DNA of 37,570 nucleotides, from positions 1-37,570 of the forward strand of contig JAYOTF010000035.1 of NCBI GenBank assembly GCA_038150265.1. The letters are read 5' to 3'. Of this stretch, positions 8,608 through 16,494 are shown in pieces. Source of the DNA: Deltaproteobacteria bacterium (lineage in GTDB: Bacteria; SAR324; NAC60-12). Position numbers and translations under genes: made by a program. Below the pieces are notes generated by a model. It saw only the letters and a list, made by a program, of their open reading frames with translations. It had not been told where the DNA came from and made no database searches. The first letter of the stretch is position 1, and every line of letters starts with the position of its first letter.

Positions 8608-9281
8608 CTGCTCGATCTGCCATTCTGGGCCGGCTCCGTTCTGGCCAGACTTCGTCTCCCGCGTTGCCCCTCGATGACCAGGTCATCCGGGCCCGACAGT
8701 GGTCTCCCCCCGAACGCGTCACGCGCCTCCGGGAAGCAATGGAGGCGGTGCACACGGAGCTGGTAGAGTGCAAACCCCGCGGATTCGGAGCCCTGTTTCG
8801 GCAGGTCTGCGCCCGGAAGCAGATCCGCCGCCTGCTGGTCGGCCCGGGAACCGACCTGATGCAGCAGGTCCGTGGCTTCAGGAAACGAACGCCCGAAACG
8901 GTTCCGGAACTGGTTCCGTATGCCGAGCCGGTTGAGTCCACCAAGGACTTGCTCTTCACCATTGACGCGTCCCTGACGAGCGTTCGCTCTGCCATTGCCG
9001 ACACCGGCTCACTCATCCTCTGGCCCACGCCCCAGGAACCCCGGCTGATGTCCCTGGTGCCTCCCATTCACCTCGCCGTCCTCCGGGCCTCAACGATTCA
9101 CAACACCTTCCTGGAAGCCATGGAAGCCGAACAGTGGAGCGAAGGCTTGCCCACCAACGCCCTGCTCATCTCCGGGCCCTCCAAAACCGCTGACATTGAG
9201 CAGATGCTGGTCTATGGCATCCATGGTCCCAAGGAGCTGGTGGTGTTTGTCGTGAACGACCTGGCAGAGGCTGGGCTGTAG
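8604..9281 (+). CDS. lutC: LUD-domain lactate utilization protein C family
   Basis: AIADTGSL, RLMSLVPPIH, LISGPSKTADIEQMLVYGIHGPKEL. Confidence 0.88.
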   Translation: MTARSAILGRLRSGQTSSPALPLDDQVIRARQWSPPERVTRLREAMEAVHTELVECKPRGFGALFRQVCARKQIRRLLVGPGTDLMQQVRGFRKRTPETVPELVPYAEPVESTKDLLFTIDASLTSVRSAIADTGSLILWPTPQEPRLMSLVPPIHLAVLRASTIHNTFLEAMEAEQWSEGLPTNALLISGPSKTADIEQMLVYGIHGPKELVVFVVNDLAEAGL

Positions 9282-9388
9282 CGATCCGTTACAACAATTT
9301 CTGTCTCGGGTTGTTAGGATTTCAAGAAACCGCCCCTGTTTCCAGAACCCCAGAGGGGCTGGGTTACTGATTTCGAAAGAGAAAAGAG

Positions 9389-9859
9389 ATGGGACAAGAC
9401 ACCAATTGGCAAGACGAGTTTACTCCGGGTGAGTGGAAAACCCTCCAGCTCGCTCCCTTTTGGATCTCCACCGCAGTGGCAGGAGCCGACCAGTTCATTG
9501 ACGATGCCGAAGGCCGGGCCCTCAGCGAACAGCTGGCCCACTGGAAGAAGGTCCAGGACCCCCTTGCCCGTGAGTTGCTGGGGTCCATCTTTACAGACCT
9601 GAAAGCCGTCTCCACGCGCTTCCGGGCCGCAACCCACACCGAAAAAGCCATGGCGCAGCTCCGGGAGGTGGCGTCCCTGCTGGACCAGAAGGTTTCGGCC
9701 GAACAGGCCCGGGCCGTGAAGCAGGAGTTCCTCAAGGTGGGAAAGGCGACTGCCGAGGCGTCCGGAGGGGGCTTCCTGGGACTCGGGGACAAGGTCAGTC
9801 CAGAAGAACGGAGCATGCTCAGCCAGATCGAAACCGTCCTTGGCCTCAGTACGCTCTGA
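9389..9859 (+). CDS. conserved hypothetical protein (possibly TerB-like helical fold)
   Basis: 156 aa with a purine-rich RBS. AVAGADQFIDDAE and C-terminal AEASGGGFLGLGDKVSPEE pattern. The fold call is inference. Confidence 0.7.
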   Translation: MGQDTNWQDEFTPGEWKTLQLAPFWISTAVAGADQFIDDAEGRALSEQLAHWKKVQDPLARELLGSIFTDLKAVSTRFRAATHTEKAMAQLREVASLLDQKVSAEQARAVKQEFLKVGKATAEASGGGFLGLGDKVSPEERSMLSQIETVLGLSTL

Positions 9860-9941
9860 ACGCCGTGAGGCGGGCCTTGTTCTTGCTGGGCATGAAGGGG
9901 TGCCCCGCCTCGGGCACGAGGACCCGAACCAGAGCGATTGC

Positions 9942-10346
9942 TTGACACGTCACACAACACACCGTTCCACACAACCCCTTTGGTGGGGACTCGCCCTGCT
10001 CCTGGGAGCCTGCAGCGCCCCGGCACCGCCTCCGACTGCAGCGTACCCGACTGAGCAGGCCCTGCGGGTCCGGGAAGTCTGCTCCACGCTGTTCACCGGA
10101 GAGTGGTGGGGCTACTTCTCTCCCTCACGGAAATCCGCCCTCCGGAGCTTTCAACCGATTCCGGGAGGACTGGTTGCTCGCTTTGCTGATGGACGCCGCT
10201 ATGAGGTTCCCTTTCAGACAGGCCTGCCTCCGGAAACCTACACCTGCCACACCTCGGAAACCGTCACCCCCTGCGCCTCGCGACGAGACTGGGATCAGCG
10301 GTGCGAGTTCGACCCCAACCGGCAGATCCCTCGCATGCGCTACTGA
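9942..10346 (+). CDS. hypothetical Cys-containing lipoprotein
   Basis: In-frame TTG 9942 gives MTRHTTHRSTQPLWWGLALLLGAC, a lipobox LGA-C followed by a Pro/Ala linker. Start is uncertain; the ORF track starts at 9840, overlapping the upstream gene. Confidence 0.6.
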   Translation: MTRHTTHRSTQPLWWGLALLLGACSAPAPPPTAAYPTEQALRVREVCSTLFTGEWWGYFSPSRKSALRSFQPIPGGLVARFADGRRYEVPFQTGLPPETYTCHTSETVTPCASRRDWDQRCEFDPNRQIPRMRY

Positions 10347-10364
10347 GCAGGAGGTCCCGTGGAG

Positions 10365-10877
10365 ATGAAGCACCTCAGTGACCGGGCTCGGCGACTGATT
10401 CAGCTCCGTCCGGAAACCATGCGGGCCATTGACGAGGCGCTGGAACGTGGAACCGTCCCCTGCGTCAAGTGCCGCGAAGAGATCCCGCTGGGCGTCCGGG
10501 TCTGTCCCCAGTGTGGGCACGAGTTCCGTCCCCCTTGGTGGAAACAACGCTGGTTGCTGTACTGCGCCCTCACCTTTCCTACCCTCCTCGTGGTGGCCTT
10601 CGGCGCCCTCTGGTGGCTCAACCGCCTCCCCACCTGCAGCTCTCCGGATGCTCAGCTCAAGCTTGCCGAGGCCTTCCGTTTTTCTGACTTTCCAGACCAG
10701 CTTGGGGGGCTTCCCCGAGACATGCTCTACATCCGGGAGCATCCCGATGAGGCGCCTCCGGAAACCCGCCTGTGCTACGGCGTCATGCTCCTTTCCAATG
10801 ACCAGGAGATCGACCTCGACTACCAACTCGTCCGGGACGAATCGGGGTTCCTCCAGGTGACGTTTTCCCTCAAGTAA
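10365..10877 (+). CDS. zinc-ribbon membrane protein
   Basis: CVKC...CPQCG zinc ribbon, one TM helix, C-terminal domain with two Cys. AGGAGG RBS at ~10349-10354. Alternative start GTG 10359. Confidence 0.75.
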   Translation: MKHLSDRARRLIQLRPETMRAIDEALERGTVPCVKCREEIPLGVRVCPQCGHEFRPPWWKQRWLLYCALTFPTLLVVAFGALWWLNRLPTCSSPDAQLKLAEAFRFSDFPDQLGGLPRDMLYIREHPDEAPPETRLCYGVMLLSNDQEIDLDYQLVRDESGFLQVTFSLK

Positions 10878-10943
10878 GCACCCAGCTGCGGCTTTCGTTT
10901 TCAGGCCCTTCGCCCACACGCTCCTCTCGGTGGGCCGGGCCTT

Positions 10944-10964
10944 AAGCGACGAATTTTGTCGCTT
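10944..10964. promoter_or_regulatory. putative WYL-regulator operator, box 1
   Basis: Perfect inverted repeat AAGCGAC-GAATTTT-GTCGCTT in intergenic DNA. Two further copies lie at 11156 and 17887. Confidence 0.6.
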
Positions 10965-11155
10965 TTACGGAGGCATTGCCTCTCACCAGCAGATCACTTC
11001 CCATCCACTTCCCCCTCCAGGAGCCCTCCTCTTTCACGAAACGGTTCGGCTCCTAAAAATCTGAAATCAAATTTTTTATCTCCCCTTTTTCACTCTCAAG
11101 CGCCTCAAAATCCAGAAGGCTCCGGAGGGTCCGTCAAAAACGAGTCATCTCTCAA

Positions 11156-11190
11156 AAGCGACGCAATTTGTCGCATCAATGGGCGATACT
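11156..11190 (+). promoter_or_regulatory. putative WYL-regulator operator, box 2, with -10-like element for the AAA operon
   Basis: AAGCGAC-GCAATTT-GTCGCAT, then TGTCGC-N10-GATACT (11185-11190), about 150 bp upstream of the AAA gene. Confidence 0.68.
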
Positions 11191-11336
11191 AGAGGCTGTT
11201 CTGGTTACGGTTTCGAGCAACTCAGAGCCCCTTGCCGGCGTCCTCAACGGTTCCCTTGCCGGGGTTCCGGAGACACCGGTTTCGGCAGTTCCGTGTGCTC
11301 GGGAGCCCAGCTTTCCTCCTCAAACGAGATCGAGTG

Positions 11337-12338
11337 ATGACCCCCAAGAAGTTAAGCCGCGCCTTGAGCCAGTTGGCTCGCCACCGGGAATCCAGCAGTC
11401 TGATGATCTGGGGACCTCCCGGGGTCGGAAAATCCAGCCTCGTTGCTCAGGTGGCGGAAGAGCAGGAACTCGAACTGGTCGATGTCCGCCTCAGCCAGCT
11501 GGCACCGACGGATCTGCGTGGGTTGCCCGTCGCTGAGCAGGGAGTTTCCACGTGGTACCCACCGGAGTTCCTGCCTCGGTGCGGGAGGGGCATTTTGTTT
11601 CTCGATGAATTGAACATGGCGACTCCAGCCGTGCAGGGCGTTGCCCAGCAGTTGGTTTTGGACCGCAAGGTTGGGAACTATACGGTGCCGGAGGGTTGGA
11701 TGATCTGGGCGGCGGGGAACCGCCGGGAAGATCAGGCCTCGGTGTTTCAGATGCCCGCGCCCCTGGCCAACCGCTTCCTGCACTTTACGGTGGAACCGAG
11801 CCTGAAGGATTTTCGGGAGTATGGCCGGAAGGTCGGCCTGCATGAGCGGCTGTTGGCGTTCCTGGCCTTCCGCCCGGAGTTGCTGCACCGCCTGGATGCA
11901 CAGCAGCCCGCCTGGCCGTCTCCACGAACCTGGGAGTTGGCCCACCGCCTCTTGCAGGCAGACCTTCCGGTTCATGCTGCTGTGGGAGATGCCGCTGCAG
12001 GTGAGTTTGAGGCGTTTGTTCAGGTGTACGCCTCGCTTCCCAACTGGCAAAAGATCCTTGCCGGGATTCCGGGCGAAGCGTTTCCGGAAAATCCCGGCGC
12101 TCGCTTTGCGCTCATCACCAGCTTGGCCCACCACTGCCAAACCGTGGAGCAAGCCGTGAACACGGCCGTGTGGCTGACGGAAAACGCGCCCCATGAGTGG
12201 GGTCAGCTCTTCTTCAAGGAGCTGATGCCCGCCTTGCGTCAGCAGCAGCTGACGGCAGCGTTCAGTCGGAAATTCCTCGCCACTCCCGAGCTGCGCGGCT
12301 TTCTCAAGGAGTTCAAGAACCTGATGGAGGCGGCATGA
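11337..12338 (+). CDS. MoxR-like AAA+ ATPase
   Basis: 333 aa from ATG 11337. Walker A WGPPGVGKS, DVRLSQ..PTDLRGLP, Walker B LFLDELN, sensor AAGN, PLANRF, WPSPRTW. Confidence 0.9.
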   Translation: MTPKKLSRALSQLARHRESSSLMIWGPPGVGKSSLVAQVAEEQELELVDVRLSQLAPTDLRGLPVAEQGVSTWYPPEFLPRCGRGILFLDELNMATPAVQGVAQQLVLDRKVGNYTVPEGWMIWAAGNRREDQASVFQMPAPLANRFLHFTVEPSLKDFREYGRKVGLHERLLAFLAFRPELLHRLDAQQPAWPSPRTWELAHRLLQADLPVHAAVGDAAAGEFEAFVQVYASLPNWQKILAGIPGEAFPENPGARFALITSLAHHCQTVEQAVNTAVWLTENAPHEWGQLFFKELMPALRQQQLTAAFSRKFLATPELRGFLKEFKNLMEAA

Positions 12339-13486
12339 CCCCGGAAGCGAACGCAAGCTCCTCTGAAGCAGCAGAGGCCCCCCTGCGTCGGCGCATTCAG
12401 GCAGCCCAACTGCGGATCCGGACAGCCATGCCCTTTTTTGGCACGCTCCTGCTGTTTGCACGCTGGGAGATCACCCGGAGCCTTTCCACAGCCGCCACGG
12501 ATGGCCAGACCATTCAGATCAATCCGGACTTTGCCGCAGGGCTGAAGGCTCCCGAACTGGACGCCGTGCTGCTCCACGAAGTCCTGCATGCGGCCCTGCA
12601 GCACCCCTCACGTCGCAAGCGCCGAGACCCCGTCCGCTGGAATTTCGCTGCCGATGTTGTGGTCAATGGCATGATCCAGTCCCTCCCCGAGTTCAAGCTG
12701 CCCTCCAACGCGATCCGGAAACGAGACCTGGAGCACCTGTCTGTGGAGGAGGTTTACGAAAAATTGGAGCTTCCTCCGGACTGGAAACAGCAGCTGGCAG
12801 ACTGGGGAGACTTGCTGGACGCCGGCGACAGGCAAGACGAGATGGAAGAGCCGGAAACCGCCCACTACTGGAAAATGGCCCTCCAGCAGGCAGAAGTTTT
12901 GGCACTCTCTCATCCGCAGAAAAAATGGCCGGCGGGCCTCACACGCGAGCTGGGGGCTCTCCGTCCGGGGACCCTCGACTGGCGCAGCTACCTGCGACGC
13001 TTTCTTGTGCAGACGCCCGTGGATTTCCAGGGGTTCGACCGACGCTTCATCGGGCGTCAGCTTTACCTGGACGCACTGGAAGGAGAATCGCTCACCGTGT
13101 CCATCTGCATCGATACCAGCGGTTCCATCACCTCAGACGAGCAAGCCCGACTGCTGGGGGAAGTGCAGAACCTGATGCAGCAGTACCCTCATCTTTCAGC
13201 CGAGTTGTTTTATGCCGATGACCATCTGTATGGGCCATGGTCGCTGAATGCAGAGAGCCCGCTTCGCAAACCGATTGGCGGAGGCGGAACGTCCTTTCGT
13301 CCCTTTTTTCAGCACCTGAACCGGAATGCAGCGGTCCGGAGCCCCCAGGTGGCCATTTACCTGACCGACGGATGGGGAAGTTTTCCACAAAAGCCTCCGG
13401 AGGTTCCCACTCTGTGGGTGGTGTCTTCCGGAGGCCTCAACGAGAAAGGCTTCCCGTTTGGAGAAGTCGTGAGAATGGGGGCCTAA
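12335..13486 (+). CDS. HExxH metallopeptidase-like domain plus VWA-like domain protein (DUF2201 type)
   Basis: 383 aa from ATG 12335 (ATGA overlap, GGAGG RBS). TAATDG, LLHEVLH, WNFAAD; MIDAS-type DTSGS, GGGGTSF, YLTDGWG. Confidence 0.88.
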   Translation: MTPEANASSSEAAEAPLRRRIQAAQLRIRTAMPFFGTLLLFARWEITRSLSTAATDGQTIQINPDFAAGLKAPELDAVLLHEVLHAALQHPSRRKRRDPVRWNFAADVVVNGMIQSLPEFKLPSNAIRKRDLEHLSVEEVYEKLELPPDWKQQLADWGDLLDAGDRQDEMEEPETAHYWKMALQQAEVLALSHPQKKWPAGLTRELGALRPGTLDWRSYLRRFLVQTPVDFQGFDRRFIGRQLYLDALEGESLTVSICIDTSGSITSDEQARLLGEVQNLMQQYPHLSAELFYADDHLYGPWSLNAESPLRKPIGGGGTSFRPFFQHLNRNAAVRSPQVAIYLTDGWGSFPQKPPEVPTLWVVSSGGLNEKGFPFGEVVRMGA

Positions 13487-13646
13487 CCCATTTCCAGATG
13501 TTCCCCCCTTCTCCTCCTCCATGAGGTCGGTAAGGGGGCCTTGGCACACGCCGTCAGGTCACTCACGTGACACCAGCGACCGTGTGCTTCCTTCATCAGG
13601 CGGTCGTTGCGCCTGTTTTCTTTTTCGCTCACTCAAGGAGATTCCC

Positions 13647-13967
13647 ATGTCAATCCGCAGTTCCATCAAGAGGCTTTCAGAAGTGCTCCAGATCCTTCAG
13701 CAGTATGAAAATCACACGCCTCCGCCTGTGGAGATCGGTTTTTACCGGACCTTCAACAACAGCATCGTCTACATCTCCGAGATCGACCACGATCACGATG
13801 GACGGGCCGTGATTCTTTCCGGGGGAATCGATAACCATACCCCGGGAGACAGCTACTGGATCGTAGATGGGTACCACCGGGAGACCGACATCGGATCGCA
13901 CCTGGTGCTGGGGGTTGCCGAAAAACTGGACCTCACCCTCCCGGAATTCCCCACCCCAAGCACCTGA
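13647..13967 (+). CDS. small hypothetical protein, paralogue A
   Basis: 106 aa, AAGGAG RBS before ATG 13647. Clearly homologous to the next ORF. Confidence 0.8.
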   Translation: MSIRSSIKRLSEVLQILQQYENHTPPPVEIGFYRTFNNSIVYISEIDHDHDGRAVILSGGIDNHTPGDSYWIVDGYHRETDIGSHLVLGVAEKLDLTLPEFPTPST

Positions 13968-14004
13968 GCCAGACCATGCAAGTGACGTTAGCCGAGAGGG
14001 AAAG

Positions 14005-14358
14005 ATGAGCCCTCAACAGGAAAGAGCGGCTCGCTTCCGGAGCAATCTGGCAGAGATGAAGCGGCTCGTTGCACGCCTGGAGCCCTTTGCCCACCACACG
14101 CCTCCGTTGCCTCAGGTCGGGGGGCTCTACCGGACTCTGAATGACAGTACCGTTTACGTTTCCCGGCACATCAAGAAGGCGTTCTCACAGAACCAGGTTG
14201 AGGTGGTCCTTCTGGTGGGGGAGGGGCCCGGACTCGAGCCGGGAGACCCATACGTTCTCAACGATGATGGGACGCACCCGGACCGAGAGCCCGGCGAGCA
14301 CCTGCTTTTGGGGTTGGCGGAGCTGCTGGACGTGGACACCGATCCGGAGCCTCCCTAA
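14005..14358 (+). CDS. small hypothetical protein, paralogue B
   Basis: 117 aa, GAGGG RBS before ATG 14005. Shares HTPP, YRT.N.S.VY.S, PGD.Y, DG.H and G.HL.LG.AE.LD with paralogue A. Confidence 0.8.
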   Translation: MSPQQERAARFRSNLAEMKRLVARLEPFAHHTPPLPQVGGLYRTLNDSTVYVSRHIKKAFSQNQVEVVLLVGEGPGLEPGDPYVLNDDGTHPDREPGEHLLLGLAELLDVDTDPEPP

Positions 14359-14362
14359 GCGC

Positions 14363-15370
14363 TCAGGGAAACTCGGGCTGGTAGAGTGCCAGCACTCGCC
14401 TCGCTTCCTGCCGCAACTCTTCTCTCAAAAACTCAGGCTCCAGCACCTCTACGCTGGAGCCATACCCACGCAGCCACCAGCGCAGTTGCTGGAGGTCTCG
14501 CACTTCCGCTTCCACGAGCCAGGAGTTGCCTTCGGAATGGATCACCTGTTGTTCGCTCAGCCGCACTTCCTGCAGGTGCGCCGCCGTATCAGCATCCGTC
14601 CGCAGCTTCAGTTTCAGGGTGCGGTCACTGCTGCGGTAGTTGAACACGCCACTGTCGAGGTAGTCCTGGAGCCCCGTATAAGGCTCCGGCCACTCGAGCG
14701 GCTGTTCCGTCAGCTCTGCTGTTGAAATCCGATTGACCGGAAGCCGAACCACGTAGTCTCTTCCGGGAAACGCGCCCACCAGGTAGTTGAGATGCCCGAA
14801 CCAGACCAGTCCCAATGGGCTGATCTGGTAGGACTGAGGCTCGGTCGCGCCCCGTTTGAGGTAGGAGATTTTCACCTGCTGCTCCTGCAGAAGCCCTTCG
14901 GAGAGGATGCCCATGACCTCAGGATCCAGTTTGGGCGCCAGCAGAGGCAGTCCGGGTGGCACCACCGCCACCTTGTCCATCCATGAGTTCATCCCGTTGT
15001 GACTCGCCTGCCGCAAAATCTCTCGAGCTCGATCAAAGTGCTGCTGCAGCGAGTCGTAGGTGCTTCTGGGGAGCAAATTGGCCAGAAAGCGCTCAATCAT
15101 CCCAAAGGTCAGGGCCGTCCGGACATCCATTGCCGGCAGCTCCAGAGCCTTTGCCTCCGACGTCCAGCACCACCCCCGAGGCTTGTGTTCGTCACCCACC
15201 AGGGGAAAGATTCTTGACAGCTGCAGAATGTCGCGTTCCAGAGTCCGGCGGGTGCTCGTGAACCCCCGCTCGTGCAGACGCTGCTCCAGCTCCGCCAGGG
15301 TCGTCTTGCGTGGCGTCCGTGGCACCAGCTCCAGCATCTTCAGTTGTCGTAAAAGCGTGTCAGACATCAT
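14363..15370 (-). CDS. HTH-WYL-WCX transcriptional regulator
   Basis: N-terminal wHTH (LAELEQRL...TRRTLERDILQL), WYL core (ISYLKRG...ISPLGLV...NYLVG...RLPVNRI), C-terminal WCX (LRWWLRGYGSSVEVLEPEFLREEL). Confidence 0.92.
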   Translation of the reverse strand: MMSDTLLRQLKMLELVPRTPRKTTLAELEQRLHERGFTSTRRTLERDILQLSRIFPLVGDEHKPRGWCWTSEAKALELPAMDVRTALTFGMIERFLANLLPRSTYDSLQQHFDRAREILRQASHNGMNSWMDKVAVVPPGLPLLAPKLDPEVMGILSEGLLQEQQVKISYLKRGATEPQSYQISPLGLVWFGHLNYLVGAFPGRDYVVRLPVNRISTAELTEQPLEWPEPYTGLQDYLDSGVFNYRSSDRTLKLKLRTDADTAAHLQEVRLSEQQVIHSEGNSWLVEAEVRDLQQLRWWLRGYGSSVEVLEPEFLREELRQEARRVLALYQPEFP

Positions 15371-15408
15371 CTTGAGGGAAGGCAGGGTGAAAGGAACTCC
15401 GGGGCAGG

Positions 15409-16359
15409 CTAGGATGACGGCTCACACCGATCCACCCAGACAAACGCCTGATCCGTTAAGGACGCCTCACTTGACCAGCGGTAGGCGACCAGCTTTCCGT
15501 TTGCCCGAGCCACGCTGTAGTCGACACAGGCGACGTTCCGGGCCAGCAGCCGCGGAGGGCCCGTCATCCAGTAGTGTCCGAGGAAGACCGGAGGTTGGTC
15601 TGAACCGTAGCCCAGCTGATGACGGGACTGCATCGGCCTCTCCGGAAGCTGCGCCCGCTCCTGTTCCGGCCCCATGAAGGCGGCTCGGTACGTCGTCGCA
15701 GCTTCATCCCACCAGCGCACCCGGATGTGATCTCGCGCGTGGCCATACGGATCCGTAAAGGTGACCCCTTCAGGCAAAGCAACCTCCTTGCCCTTCAGGA
15801 GCACCTCCAGGGCCTCAAACTCCGGACGGCCTGCCGTGAACACGGGCGTGAGCAGAGCCTCCGAAAGCCGGTTTCCCGGTGCCAGGGCGTGATGGCTCTG
15901 CAGCTGAGCCTGACATGCTTCATCCCAGCACGCATGAATCAGGCGGAAGCCTTCCAACTCGAGCCAGAGCGGCAACGTCTTGAACCACTCGAGCGCGCGC
16001 TGATGCTCCTCGGAGCCCAGGGGGAACTCGTTGAGAAAACGCTGATGCTGCCTGGTATTTTTGTCCAGATGCGGCCGGAGGTACTGCCCTTCGGGACCTG
16101 GAGTACCGTAGCCAATGGCATTGAGTTCGTGATTGCCCATCACGGCAACCGCCGCCCCTTGCTCCACCATCGGCTGAACCAGCTCCAGCACCTCCCGCTG
16201 CCCGGGGCCGTCTCCGTCAATGAAGTCTCCCAGAAAGGCCGCTGTTCGGCTCGCATGCCGAAGCACCCCCTGAGCATCGGGCTGGTAGCCCAGCTGGTCC
16301 AAAAGCGCTTTCAGGCTCTGCGCGCAGCCATGAATGTCTCCAATGATGTCGTAGGGCAT
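15409..16359 (-). CDS. calcineurin-like metallophosphoesterase
   Basis: 316 aa from ATG 16359. IIGDIHG, FLGDFID, MGNHE, LIHACW, FLGHYW, CVDYS. Confidence 0.9.
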   Translation of the reverse strand: MPYDIIGDIHGCAQSLKALLDQLGYQPDAQGVLRHASRTAAFLGDFIDGDGPGQREVLELVQPMVEQGAAVAVMGNHELNAIGYGTPGPEGQYLRPHLDKNTRQHQRFLNEFPLGSEEHQRALEWFKTLPLWLELEGFRLIHACWDEACQAQLQSHHALAPGNRLSEALLTPVFTAGRPEFEALEVLLKGKEVALPEGVTFTDPYGHARDHIRVRWWDEAATTYRAAFMGPEQERAQLPERPMQSRHQLGYGSDQPPVFLGHYWMTGPPRLLARNVACVDYSVARANGKLVAYRWSSEASLTDQAFVWVDRCEPSS

Positions 16360-16494
16360 GCGGGTTTTCGTTGAGGAAGATGGAGGAAGCCACAAGGAGG
16401 TGAACCCACCGGAAGCCCCCTGGCTGACGGCCTTGGGGGGTGGTTTCAGCAGGAACCGATTCAGTTGTGTGGGCGAATCAGACCACAGTTTTCT

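Noticed and set aside
4601..9281. Integrative element or prophage mobilised by the recombinase
   Set aside because: No att repeats, dif-like site, phage or conjugation genes were seen. The catalytic motif is degenerate and composition is host-like.
10956..11336. ORF 10956-11192 and the TTG 11232 extension of the AAA gene
   Set aside because: Low-complexity translation with no RBS, lying across operator and promoter DNA. Family similarity begins at ATG 11337.
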